Assembly: GCF_009914755.1 (NCBI RefSeq)
Contig: NC_060933.1
Origin: the human T2T-CHM13v2.0 reference genome, Homo sapiens
Reading direction: 5' to 3' (one strand)
Length of the DNA stretch: 64,000 bases
Shown here: in pieces, positions 1 through 14,900 of the stretch
How positions within the stretch are numbered: the first letter of the stretch is position 1
Layout: each line of letters opens with the position of its first letter
Program-made: the position numbers and the translations under genes
The notes under the pieces: model-generated
What the model was told of the DNA's origin: nothing
The model's input: the letters and a program-made list of their open reading frames with translations, nothing else
Databases searched by the model: none

Positions 1-3000
1 GTCGGGTTGATTCCATTCCATTCCATTCCATTCCATTCCATTCCATTCCGTTCCATTCCATTCCATTCCATTCCATTCTATTCGGGTCAACTCCATTCCA
101 TTCCATTCCATTCAAATTCCATTCCACTCCATTCCAATCGAGTTGATTCCATTCCATTCCTTTCCATTCCATTCCACTCCATTCCAGTCCTTTCCATTCC
201 ATTCCACTCGGGTTGATTCCATTTTATTCATTTCCATTCCATTCCATTCCATTGCAATCGAGTTGATTCCATTGTTTTGCATTCCATTCCATTCCATTCC
301 ATTCCGGATGATTCCATTCCATTGCATTCCATTCCATTCCATTCCCCTGCACTCGGGTTGATTCCATTCCATTCCACTCCATTCCGTTCCATTCCATTCC
401 ATTCCATTGTATTCGGGTTAATTCCATTCCATTCCATTCCATTCCATTCCATTACAATCGAGTTGATTCCATTCCATTCCATTCCATACCATTCCATTCC
501 ATTCCATTCCATTCCATTCCATTCCATTCCATTCCGTTCCATTCCGTTCCATTCCGTTCCATTCCATTCCATTCCATTCCATTCCGGATGATTCCATTCC
601 ATTGAATTCCATTCCATTCCATTCCCCTGCACTTGGGTTGATTCCATTCCATTCCATTCCATTCCTTTCCGTTCCATTCCATTCCATTCCATTCCATTCT
701 ATTCGTGTTAATTCCATTCCATTCTATTACATTCCATTCCATTGAAATCGAGTTGATTCCATTCCATTCCATTCCATTCCATTCCATTGCATTCCGGATG
801 ATTCCATTCCATTGCATTCAATTCCATTCCATTCCCCTGCACTCGGGTTGATTACATTCCATTCCATTCCCTTCCATTCCTTTCCATTCCATTCCATTCC
901 ATTCTATTCGTGTTAATTCCATTCCATTCCACTCCATTCCATTCCATTCCATTCCATTCCATTCCCCTGCACTCGGGTTTCTTCCATTCCATTCCATTCC
1001 ATTTAATTCCATTCCATTCCATTCCATTCCATTCCAATCCGTTCCATTCCATTCCATTCCATTCCATTGCAATCTACTTGATTCCATTCCATTCCATTCC
1101 ATTCCATTCCATTCCATTCCATTCCATTCCATTCCATTGCATTCCATGCGATTCCACTCGGGTTGATTCCATTCCTTTCCATTCCATTCGGGTTGAATCC
1201 ATTCCACTCCATTCCATTCCATTCGAATCCATTCCATTGCACTCGGGTTGATTCCATTCCATTCCATTCCATTCGATTCCATTCCGTTCCATTCCATTCC
1301 ATTCCATTTCATTACATTCAGATTGATTCTATTCAATTCCCTTACACTCCATTATATTCCAATCCATTCTGGTTGTTTCCATTCCATTCCATTCCATTTC
1401 ACTCCATTCCATTGCACTCGGTTTGATTCCATTCCATTCCATTCCATTCCATTCCAGATGATTCCATTCCATTGCATTCCGTTCCATTCCATTCCCCTGC
1501 ACTCAGGTTGATTCCATTCCATTCCATTCCACTCCATTTGGTTCCATTCCATTCCATTCTATTGCATTCCATTCTATTCGGGTTAATTCCATTCCATTCT
1601 ATTCCATTCCATTCCACTCCATTCCATTGCAATGGAGTTGATTCCATTCCATTCCATTCCATTCCATTCCGGATGATTCCATTCCATTGCATTCCATTCC
1701 ATTCCATTCCATTCCATTCCGGATGATTCCATTCCATTGCATTCCATTCCATTCCATTCCCCTGCACTCGTGTTGATTCCATTCCCTTCCATTCCATTCC
1801 ATTCCGTTCCATTCCATTGCATTCCATTCTATTCCAGTTAATTCCATTCCATTCCATTCGATTGCAATCGAGTTGATTCCATTCCATTCCATTCCATTCC
1901 ATTCCATTCCATTCCTTTCCTTTCCATTCCATTACGAATGATTCCATTCCATTGCATTCCATTCCATTCCATTCAATTCCATTCCGTTCCATTCCATTCC
2001 ATTACATTCGGATTGATTCAATTCAACTCCCTTACTCTCCATTACATTCCATTCCATTCGGGTTGTTCCATTCCATTCCATTCCATTCCACTCCATTCCA
2101 TTGCACTCGGGTTTATTCCATTCCATTCCATTCCATTCCATTCCATTCCATTCCGGAAGATTCCATTCCATTGCATTCCATTCCATTCCATTCCCCTGCA
2201 TTCGCGTTGATTACATTCCATTCCATTCCATTCCATTCTATTCCATTCCTTTCCGTTCCATTCCATTCCATTCCATTCCATTCCAATCCATTCCATTCCG
2301 GTCCGTTCCGTTCCATTCCATTCCATTCCATTCTATTCGGGTTAATTCCATTCCATTCCATTCGATTGCCAACGAGTTGATTCCATTCCATTCCATTCCA
2401 TTCCATTCCACTCCATTCCAGTCCTTTCCATTCCATTCCACTCGGGTTGATTCCAATGTATTCCTTTCCATTCCATTCCATTCCATTGCAATCGAGTTGA
2501 TTCCATTGATTTGCATTCCATTCCATTCCATTCCATTCCGGATGATTCCATTCCATTGCATTCCATTCCATTCCATTCCCCTGCACTCGGGTTGATTCCA
2601 TTCCATTCCTCTCCATTCCGTTCCATTCCATTCCATTGCATTGTATTCAGGTTAATTACATTCCATTCCATTCCATTCCATTACAATTGAGTTGATTCCA
2701 TTCCATTCCATTCCATTCCAGTCCTTTCCATTCCATTCCACTCGGGTTGATTCCATTCTATTAGTTTCCATTCCATTCCATTCCGTTCCATTCCACTCTG
2801 GTTGATTCCATTCCTTTCCATTCCACTCGAATACATTCCCTCCTATTCCACTCGGAACGATTCCATTCCATTCCATTCCATTCCATTCCATTCCATTCCA
2901 TTCCATTTCGTTCCATTCCATTCTTTTCCGTATCATTCCATTCAATTCCATTCCATTTCATTCCATTCCATTCCATTCCATTCCATTCCATTCCATTGTA

Positions 3001-5149
3001 CTCGGGTTGATTCCATTCCATTGCATTCCATTCCATTCCATTCCATTCCATTCCATTCCATTCCATTCCGGATGATTCCATTCCATTGCATTCCGTTCCA
3101 TTACATTCCCCTGCACTCGCGTTGATTCCATTCCATTCCATTCCATTCTATTCAATTCCATTCCATTACAATTCGTTCCATTCCATTCTATTCCGTACCA
3201 TTCCATTCCATTTCATACCATTCCATTCCATTCCATTCCATTCCATTCCATTCCATTCCATTCCGTTCCATTCCATTCCATTCTATTCGGGTTAATTCCA
3301 TTCCATTCCATTCCATTCCATTATTTTCCATTCCATTGCAATCGAGTTGAATCCATTGCATTTCATTCCATTCCATTCCATTCCATTCCATTCCGGAAGA
3401 TTCCATTCCATTGCATTCCATTCCATTCCATTCCCCTGCACTCGCGTTGATTCCATTCCATTCCATTCCATTCCATTCCATTCCATTCCATTCCATTCCA
3501 TTCCCTTCCGTTCCTTTCCATTCCATTCCATTCCATTCCATTCCGTTCCGTTCCATTCCATTCCATTCCATTCTATTCGGGTTAATTCCATTCCATTCCA
3601 TTCGATTGCAATCGTGTTGATTCCATTCCATTCCATTCCATTCCATTCCATTCCATTCCATTCCCCTGTACTCGGGTTGACTCCATTCCATTGCATTCCA
3701 ATCCATGCCCTTCCACTCGTGTTGATTCCATTCTTTCCATTCCATTCAAGTTGAATCCATTCCATTGCATTCCATTCCATTCGATTCCATTCGATTGCAC
3801 TCGGGTTGATTCCATTCCATTGCATTCTATTCCATTCCATTCCATTCCATTCCATTCCATTCCATTCCGTTCCATTCTATTCCATTACATTCGGATTGAT
3901 TCTATTCAATTCGCTTACACTCCATTACATTCCATTCCATTCGGGTAGTTTCCACTCCATTCCATTCCATTCCTCTCCATTCCATTGCACTCGGGTTGAT
4001 TCCATTCCATTGCATTCCATTCCATTCCATTCAATTCCATTCCGTTCCATTCTATTCCTTTACATTCGGATTGATTCTATTCAACTCCCTTACTCTCCAT
4101 TACATTCCATTCCATTCGGGCTGTTCCATTCCATTCCATTCCATTCCACTCCATTCCATTGCACTCGGGTTTATTCCATTCCATTCCATTCCATTCCATT
4201 CCATTCCATTCCGGAAGATTCCATTCCATTGCATTCCATTCCATTCCATTCCCCTGCACTCGCGTTGATTCCATTCCATTCCATACCATTCCATTCCATT
4301 CCATTCCATTCCATTCCATTCCATTCCTTTCCGTTCCATTCCATTCCATTCCATTCCATTCCATTCCATTCCGTTCCATTCCGTTCCATTCCATTCCATT
4401 CCATTCTATTCGGGTTAATTCCATTCCATTCCATTCCATTGCAATCGAGTTGATTCCATTCCATTCCATTCCATTCCATTCCATTCCATTCCATTCCTTT
4501 CCATTCCATTACGGATGATTCCATTCCATTGCATTCCATTCCATTCCATTCCCCTGTACTCGGGTTCATTCCATTCCATTCCATTCCAATCCATGCCATT
4601 TCACTCGTGTTGATTCCATTCTTTCCATTCCATTCAAGTTGAATCCATTCCATTCCATTCCATTCCATTCCATTCCATTTCGTTCCATTCCATTCTATTC
4701 CGTATCATTCCATTCCATTCCATTCCATTCCATTCCATTCCATTCCACTCGTGTTGATTCCATTCCTTTCCATTCCATTCGGTTTGAAGGCATTCCATTC
4801 CATTCCATTCCATTCCATTCCATTCCATTGTACTCGGGTTGATTGCATTCCATTGCATTGCATTCCATTCCATTCCGTTGCATTCCATTCCATTACATTC
4901 GGAATGATTCTATTCAACTCCCTTATTCTCCATTATATTCCATTCCATTCGGGTTGTTCCATTCCATTCCATTCCATTCCACTCCATTCCATTGCACTCG
5001 GGTTGATTCCATTCCACTCCATTCCATTCCATTCCATTCCATTCCATTCCGGATGATTCCATTCCATTGCATTCCGTTCCATTACATTCCCCTGCACTCG
5101 CGTTGATTCCATTCCATTCCATTCCATTCCATTCCATTCCATTCCATTC

Positions 5150-8100
5150 CGGATGATTCCATTCCATTGCATTCCATTCCATTCCATTCCCCTATACTCG
5201 GGTTGATTCCATTCCATTCCATTCCAATCCATGCCATTCCACTCGTGTTGATTCCATTCTTTCCATTCCATTCAATTTGAATCCATTCCATTGCATTCCA
5301 TTCCATTCGATTCCATTCGATTGCACTCGGGTTGATTCCATTCCATTGCATTCCATTCCATTCCATTCCATTCCATTCCATTCCGTTCCATTCCATTTCA
5401 TTACATTCAGATTGAATCTATTCAATTCCCTTACACTCCATTATATTCCAATCCATTCTGGTTGTGTCCATTCCATTCCATTCCATTTCACTCCATTCCA
5501 TTGCACTCGGGTTGATTCCATTCCATTCCATTCCATTGCATTCCATTCCATTCCATTCCGGATGATTCCATTCCATTGCCTTCCATTCCATTCCATTCCC
5601 CTGCAGTCGGGTTGATTCCATTCCATTCCATTCCATTCCATTCCATTCCATTCCGTTCCGTTCCATTCCATTCCATTCCATTCTATTCGGGTTAATTCCA
5701 TTCCATTCCATTCCATTCCATTCCAATCGAGTTGATTCCATTCCATTCCATTCCATTCCATTCCACTCCATTCCAGTCCTTTCCATTCCATTCCACTCGG
5801 GTTGATTCCAATGTATTCCTTTCCATTCCATTCCATTCCATTGCAATCGAGTTGATTCCATTGCTTTGCATTCCATTCCATTCCATTCCATTCCGGATGA
5901 TTCCATTCCATTGCATTCCATTCCATTCCATTCCCCTGCACTCGGGTTGATTCCATTCCATTCCATTCCATTCCATCACAATCGAGTTGGTTCCATTCCA
6001 TTCCATTCCATTCCATTCCATTCCATTCCGGATGATTCCATTCCATTACATTCCGTTCCATTACATTCCCCTGCACTCGGGTTGATTCCATTCCATTCCA
6101 TTCCATTCCATTCGATTCCATTCCATTCCAATTATTTCCATTCCATTCTATTCCGTACCATTCCATTCCATTCCATACCATTCCAGTCCATTCCATTCCA
6201 TTCTATTCCATTCCATTGCAATCGAGTTGAATCCATTGCATTCCATTCTATTTCATTCCATTCCATTCCGTTCCATTCCATTCCATTACATTCGGATTGA
6301 TTCTATTCAACTCCCTTACTCTCCATTACGTTCCATTCCATTCGGGTTGTTTCTTTCCATTCCATTCCATTCCACTTCATTCCATTGCACTCAGGTTGAT
6401 TCCATTCCATTCCATTCCATTCCGGAAGATTCCATTCCATTGCATTCCATTACATTCCATTCCCCTGCACTCGCGTTGATTATATTCCATTCCATTCCAT
6501 TCCATTCCATTCCATTCCTTTCCGTTCCATTCCATTCCATTCCGTTCCGTTCCGTTCCAATCCATTCCATTCCATTCTATTCGAGTTAATTCCATTCCAT
6601 TTCATTCGATTGCAATCGAGTTGATTCCATTCCATTCCATTCCATTCCATTCCATTCCATTCCATTCCATTCCATTACGGATGATTCCATTCCATTGCAT
6701 TCCATTCCATTCCATTCCCCTGTATTCGGGTTGACTCCATTCCATTCCATTCCAATCCATGCCATTCCGCTCGTGTTGATTCAATTCTTTCCATTCCATT
6801 CAAGTTGAATCCATTCCATTGCATTCCATTCCATTCGATTCCATTCGATTGCACTCGGGTTGATTCCATTCCATTGCATTCCATTCCATTCCATTTCATT
6901 ACATTCCATTCCTTTCCATTCCATTCCATTCCATTCAATTCCATTGCAATCGAGTTGATTCCATTCCATTCCTTTCCATTCCATTCCATTGCCTTGCATT
7001 CCACTCGGGTTGATTCCATTCCCTTCTTTCCACTCCATTACATTCCCTTCCATTTCACTCGCAATGATTGATTCCATTCCATTCCATTCCATTTCATTCC
7101 ATTGCAATCCATTCCAATCCATTCCATTCCATTCCATTCCACTCGAGTTGATTTCATTCCATTCCATTCCATTCCATTCCATTCCTTTCCACTCGAGTTG
7201 ATTCCATTCCATGCCATTCCATTGCATTCCATTCCATGCCATTCCACTCGCGTTGATTCCATTCCATTCCATTCCATTCCATTCCAATCCATTGCATTCC
7301 ATTCCATTCCATTCCCCTGCACTCTGGTTGATTCCATTCCATTCCATTCTATTTAATTCCATTCCATTCCATTCCATTCCATTCCATTCCAATCCGTTCC
7401 ATTCCATTCCATTCCATTCTATTGCAATCGACTTGATTCCATTCCATTCCATTCCATTCCATTCCATTCCATTCCATTTTGTTCCAATCCATTCTATTCC
7501 GAACAATTCCATTCCATTCCATTCCATTCCATTCCATTCCATTCCATGCCATTCCACTCGGTTTGATTCCAATCCTTTCCATTCCATTCCATTCCATTCC
7601 ATTACAATCGAGTTGATTCCATTCCATTCCATTCTATTCCAGTCCTTTCCATTCCATTCCACTCGGGTTGATTCCATTCTATTAGTTTCCATTCCATTCC
7701 ATTCCCTTCCATTCCACTCTGGTTGATTCCATTCCTTTCCATTCCACTCGAATACATTCCCTCCTATTACACTCGGAACGATTCCATTCCATTCCATTCC
7801 ATTCCATTCCATTCCATTCCATTTCGTTCCATTCCATTCTATTCCGTATCATTCCATTCCATTCCATTCCATTCCATTCCATTCCATTGTACTTGGGTTG
7901 ATTCCATTCCATTGCAATCCATTCCATTCCATTCCATTCCATTCCATTCCATTCCATTCCATTCCGTTCCATTCCATTACATTCGGATTGATTCTTTTGA
8001 ACTCCGTTACTCTCCATTACATTCCATTCCATTCGGATTGTTCCATTCCATTCCATTCCATTCCACTCCATTCCATTGCACTCGGGTTGATTCCATTCCA

Positions 8101-11100
8101 TTGCATTCCATTCCATTCCGGATGATTCCATTCCATTGCATTCCGTTCCATTACATTCCCCTGCACTCGGGTTGATTCCATTCCATTCCATTCCATTGCA
8201 TTCGATTCCATTCCATTCCCCTGCACTCGCGTTGTTTCCATTCCATTCCATTCCATTCCATTCCTTTCCATTCCAGTCCTTTCCATTCCATTCCACTCGG
8301 GTTGATTCCATTCTATTAGTTTCCATTCCATTCCATTCCCTTCCTTTCCACTCTGGTTGATTCCATTCCTTTCCATTCCACTCGAATACATTCCCTCCTA
8401 TTCCACTCAGAACGACTCCATTCCATTCCATTCCATTCCAATCCATTCCATTCCATTCCATTTCTTTCCATTCCATTCTATTCCGTATCATTCCATTCCA
8501 TTCCATTCCATTCCATTCCATTCCATTCCATTCCATTGTACTCGGGTTGATTCCATTCCATTCCATTCCATTCCATTCCATTCCATTCCATTCCATTCCG
8601 TTCCATTCCATTACATTCGGATTGATTCTTTTCAACTCCCTTACTCTCCATTACATTCCATTCCATTCGGATTCTTCCATTCCATTCCATTCCATTCCAC
8701 TCCATTCCATTGCACTCGGGTTGATTCCATTCCATTCCATTCCATTCCATTCCATTCCATTCCGGATGATTCCATTCCATTGCATTCCGTTCCATTACAT
8801 TCCCCTGCACTCGCGTTGATTCCATTCCATTCCATTCCATTCCATTCAATTCCATTCCATTACAATTCGTTCCATTGCATTCTATTCCGTACCATTCCAT
8901 TCCATTCCATTCCATTCCATTCCATTCCATTCCGTTCCATTCCGTTCCATTCCATTCCATTCCATTCTATTCGGATTAATTCCATTCCATTGCATTCCAT
9001 TCCATTCTATTCCATTCCATTGCAATCTATTTGAATCCATTGCATTTCATTCCATTCCATTCCATTCCATTCCATTCCATTCCATTCCATTCCGGAAGAT
9101 TCCATTCCATTGCATTCCATTCCATTCCATTCCCCTGCAGTCGCATTGATTCCATTCCATTCCATTCCATTCCATTCCGTTCCGTTCCATTCCATTCCAT
9201 TCCATTCCATTCCATTCCATTCCATTCCGTTCCGTTCCATTCCATTCCATTCCATTCTATTCGGGTTAATTCCATTCCATTCCATTCGATTGCAATCGAG
9301 TTGATTCCATTCCATTCCATTCCATTCCATTCCATTCCATTCCATTCCTTTCCATTCCATTACGGATGATTCCATTCCATTGCATTCCATTCCATTCCAT
9401 TCCCCTGTACTCGGGTTGATTCCATTCCATTCCATTCCAATCCATGCCATTCCACTCGTGTTGATTCCATTCTTTCCATTGCATTCAAGTTGAATCCATT
9501 CCATTGCATTCCATTCCATTCGATTCCATTCGATTGCACTCGGGTTCATTCCATTCCATTGCATTCCAATCGATTCCATTCTATTCCATTCCATTCCATT
9601 CCGTTCCATTCCATTCCATTACATTCGGATTGATTCTATTCAATTCCCTTACACTCCATTACATTCCATTCCATTCGGGTAGTTTCCATTCCATTCCATT
9701 CCATTCCTCTCCATTCCATTGCACTCGGGTTGATTCCATTCCATTGCATTCCATTCCATTCCATTCAATTCCATTCCGTTCCATTCCATTACATTACATT
9801 CGGATTGATTCTATTCAACTCCCTTACTCTCCATTACATTCCATTCCATTCGGGTTGTTCCATTCCATTCCATTCCATTCCACTCCATTCCATTGCACTC
9901 GGGTTGATTCCATTCCATTCCATTCCATTCCATTCCGGATGATTCCATTCCATTGCGTTCCGTTCCATTACATTCCCCTGCACTCGGGTTGATTCCATTC
10001 CATTCCATTCTATTCCATTCGATTCCATTCCATTCCCCTGCACTCGCGTTGATTCCATTCCATTCCATTCCATTCCATTCCATTCCATTCCATTCCTTTC
10101 CATTCCAGTCCTTTCCATTCCATTCCACTCAGGTTGATTCCATTCTATTAGTTTCCAATCCATTCCATTCCCTTCCATTCCACTCTGGTTGATTCCATTC
10201 CTTTCCATTCCACTCGAATACATTCCTTCCTATTAGACTCGGAACGATTCCATTCCGTTCCATTCCATTCCATTCCATTCCATTCCATTTCGTTCCATTC
10301 CATTCTATTCCTTATCATTCCATTCCATTCCATTCCATTCCATTCCACTCGTGTTGATTCCATTCCTTTCCATTCCATTCGGTTTGAAGGCATTCCATTC
10401 CATTCCATTCCATTCCATTCCATTCCATTCCATTCCATTCCGTTTCATTGTACTCGGGTTGATTCCATTCCATTGCATTCCATTCCATTCCATTCCATTC
10501 CATTCCGTTGCATTCAATTCCATTTCATTCGGATTGATTCTATTCAACTCCCTTACTCTCCATTACATTCCATTCCATTCGGGTTGTTCCATTCTTTTCC
10601 ATTCCGTTCCATTCCACTCCATTCCATTGCACTCGGGTTGATTCCATTCCATTCCATTCCATTCCATTCCATTCCGGATGATTCCATTCCGTTGCATTCC
10701 GTTCCATTACATTCCCCTGCACTCGCGTTGATTCCATTCCATTCCATTCCATTCCATTCAATTCCATTCCATTACAATTCGTTCCATTCCATTCTATTCT
10801 GTACCATTCCATTCCATTCCATACCATTCCATTCCATTCCATTCCATTCCATTCCGTTCCATTCCGTTCCATTCCATTCCATTCCATTCTATTCGGGTTA
10901 ATTCCATTCCATTCCATTCCATTCCATTCCATTCCATTCTATTCCATTCCATTGCAATCGAGTTGAATCCATTGCATTTCATTCCATTCCATTCCATTCC
11001 ATTCCATTCCGGAAGATTCCATTCCATTGCATTCCATTCCATTCCATTCCCCTGCACTCGCGTTTATTCCATTCCATTCCATTCCATTCCATTCCATTCC

Positions 11101-14100
11101 GTTCCGTTCCGTTCCATTCCATTCCATTCCGTTCCGTTCCATTCCATTCCATTCCATTCTATTCGGGTTAATTCCATTCCATTCCATTCGATTGCAGTCG
11201 AGTTGATTCCATTCCATTCCATTCCATTCCATTCCATTCCATTCCATTCCATTTCGTTGCATTCCATTCTATTCCGTATCATTCCATTCCATTCCATTCC
11301 TTTCCATTCCATTCCATTCCATTCCACTCGTGTTGATTCCATTCCTTTCCATTCCATTCGATTTGAAGGCATTCCATTCTATTCCATTCCATTCCATTCC
11401 ATTCCATTCCATTCCATTGTACTCGGGTTGATTCCATTCCATTGCATTCAATTCCATTCCATTCCATTCCTTTCCATTCCGTTGCATTCCATTCCATTAC
11501 ATTCGGATTGATTCTATTCATCTCCCTTACTCTCCATTACATTCCATTCCATTCGGGTTGTTCCATTCCATTCCATTCCATTCCACTCCATTCCATTGCA
11601 CTCGGGTTGATTCCATTCCATTCCATTCCATTCCATTCGATGTCATTCCATTCCAATTCTTTCCATTCCATTCTATTCCGTACCATGCCATTCCATTCCA
11701 TACAATTCCATTCCATTCCATTCCACTCCGTTCCGTTCCGTTCCGTTCCGTTCCATTCCATTCCATTCCATTCTATTCGGGTTAATTCCATTCCATTCCA
11801 TTCGATTGCAATCGAGTTGATTCCATTCCATTCAATTCCATTCCATTCCATTCCATTCCATTCCATTCCATTCCATTCCTTTCCATTCCATTACGGATGA
11901 TTCCATTCCATTGCATTCCATTCCATTCCATTCCCCTGTACTCGGGTTGATTCCATTCCATTCCATTCCAATCCATGCCATTCCACTCGTGTTGATTCCA
12001 TTCTTTCCATTCCATTCAAGTTGAATCCATTCCATTGCCTTCCATTCCATTCCATTCCCCTGCAGTCGGGTTGATTCCATTCCATTCCATTCCATTCCAT
12101 TCCATTCCATTCCGTTCCGTTCCGTTCCATTCCATTCCATTCCATTCCATTCCATTCCATTCCATTCCATTGTACTCGGGTTGATTCAATTCCATTGCAT
12201 TCCATTCCATTCCATTCCATTCCATTCCGTTGCATTCCATTCCATTACATTCGGATTGATTCTATTCAACTCCCTTACTCTCCATTACATTCCATTCCGT
12301 TCTGGTTGTTCCATTCCATTCCATTCCATTCCATTCCACTCCATTCCATTGCACTCGGGTTGATTCCATTCCATTCCATTCCATTCCATTCCATTCCGGA
12401 TGATTCCATTCCATTGCATTCCTTTCCATTACATTCCCCTGGACTCGCGTAGATTCCATTCCATTCCATTCCATTCCATTCCATTGCATTACAATTCGTT
12501 CCATTCCATTCTATTCCGTACCATTCCATTCCATTCCATACAGTTCCATTCCATTCCATTCCATTCCATTCCGTTCCATTGCATTCCATTCCATTCTATT
12601 CGGATTAATTCCATTCCATTCCATTCCATTCCATTCTATTCCATTCCATTGCAATCGAGTTGAATCCATTGCATTTCATTCCATTCCATTCCATTTCATT
12701 CCATTCCGGAAGATTCCATTCCATTGCATTCCATTCCATTCCATTCCCCTGCACTCGCGTTGATTCCATTCCATTCCATTCCATTCCATTCCGTTACGTT
12801 CCATTCCATTCCATTCCATTCCATTCCATTCCATTCCGTTCCGTTCCATTCCATTCCATTCCATTCTATTCGGGTTAATTCCATTCCATTCCATTCGATT
12901 GCAATCGAGTTGATTCCATTCCATTCCATTCCATTCCATTCCATTCCATTCCATTCCTTTCAATTCCATTACGGTTGATTCCATTCCATTGCATTCCATT
13001 CCATTCCATTCCGCTGTACTCGGGTTGATTCCATTCCATTCCATTCCAATCCATGCCATTCCACTCCTGTTGATTCCATTCTTTCCATTCCATTCAAGTT
13101 GAATCCATTCCATTGCATTCCATTCCATTCGATTCCATTTGATTGCACTCGGGTTGATTCCATTCCATTGCATTCCATTCCATTCCATTCCATTCCGTTC
13201 CATTCCGTTCCATTCCATTCCATTACATTCGGATTGATTCTATTCAATTCCCTTACACCCCATTACATTCCATTCGGGTAGTTTCCATTGCATTCCATTC
13301 CATTCCTCTCCATTCCATTGCACTCGGGTTGATTCCATTCCATTGCATTCCATTCCATTCCATTCAATTCCATTCCGTTCCATTCCATTCCATTACATTC
13401 GAATTGATTCTATTCAACTCCCTTACTCTCCATTACATTCCATTCCATTCGGGTTGTTCCATTCCATTCCATTCCACTCCATTCCATTGCACTCGGGTTG
13501 ATTCCATTCAATTCCATTCCATTCCATTCCATTCCATTCCATTCCATTCCGGAAGATTCCATTCCATTGCATTCCATTCCATTCCATTCCCCTGCACTCG
13601 CGTTGATTCCATTCCATTCCATTCTATTCCATTCCATTCCCTTCCTTTCCGTTCCATTCCATTCCATTCCATTCCATTCCATTCCGTTCCGTTCCATTCC
13701 ATTCCATTCCAGTCTATTCGGGTTAATTGCATTCCATTCCATTCGATTGCAATCGAGTTGATTCCATTCCATTCCATTCCATTCCATTCCTTTCCATTCC
13801 ATTACGGATGATTCCATTCCATTGCATTCCATTCCATTCCATTCCCCTGTACTCGGGTTGATTCCATTCCATTCCATTCCAATCCATGCCATTCCACTCG
13901 TGTTGATTCCATTCTTTCCATTCCATTCAATTTGAATCCATTCCATTGCATTCCATTCCATTCGATTCCATTCGATTGCACTCGGGTTGATTCCATTCCA
14001 TTGCATTCCATTCCATTCCATTCCATTCCATTCCATTCCGTTCCATTCCATTCCATTACATTCGGATTGATTCTATTCAATTCCCTTACACTCCATTACA

Positions 14101-14652
14101 TTCCATTCCATTCGGGTAGTTTCCATTCCATTCCATTCCATTCCTCTCCATTCCATTGCACTCGGGTTGATTCCATTCCATTGCATTCCATTCCATTCCA
14201 TTCAATTCCATTCCGTTGCATTCCATTCCATTACATTCAGATTGATTCTATTCAACTCCCTTACTCTGCATTACATTCCATTCCATTCGGGTTGTTCCAT
14301 TCCATTCCATTCCATTCCACTCCATTCCATTGCACTCTGGTTGATTCCATTCCATTCCATTCCATTCCATTCCATTCCATTCCATTCCGGAAGATTCCAT
14401 TCCATTGCATTCCATTCCATTCCATTCCCATGCACTCGCGTTGATTCCATTCCATTCCATTCTATTCCATTCCTTTCCCTTCCTTTCCCTTCTACTCCAT
14501 TCCATTCCATTCCATTCCATTCCATTCCGTTCCGTTCCATTCCATTCCATTCCATTCTATTCGGGTTAATTCCATTCCATTCCTTTCGATTGCAATCGAG
14601 TTGATTCCATTCCATTCCATTCCATTCCACTCCATTCCTTTCCATTCCATTA
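5150..14652 (+). repeat. Macro-duplication copy 1 (about 9.5 kb)
   Basis: Private markers recur at +9.49-9.50 kb: CCTATACTCGG 5191/14694, CCCTTCTTTCCACTCC 7021/16514, and near-identical pseudo-ORFs 6781-7812 / 16274-17305. Confidence 0.88.
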
Positions 14653-14900
14653 CGGATGATTCCATTCCATTGCATTCCATTCCATTCCATTCCCCTATAC
14701 TCGGGTTGATTCCATTCCATTCCATTCCAATCCATGCCATTCCACTCGTGTTGATTCCATTCTTTCCATTCCATTCAATTTGAATCCATTCCATTGCATT
14801 CCATTCCATTCGATTCCATTCGATTGCACTCGGGTTGATTGCATTCCATTGCATTCCATTCCATTCCATTCCATTCCATTTCATTACATTCAGATTGATT
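12700..14900 (+). repeat. Tandem sub-repeat of about 830-850 bp (also present in copy 2 at about 24420-26620)
   Basis: The same word order recurs: TTCAA(G/T)TTGAATCC at about 13093, 13926 and 14774; HSE word at 12703, 13546 and 14384. Confidence 0.75.

Noticed and set aside
7021-7075. Possible foreign or transposon insertion in the diverged patch
   Set aside because: Still parses as substituted pentamers; no target-site duplication, poly(A) or terminal repeats.
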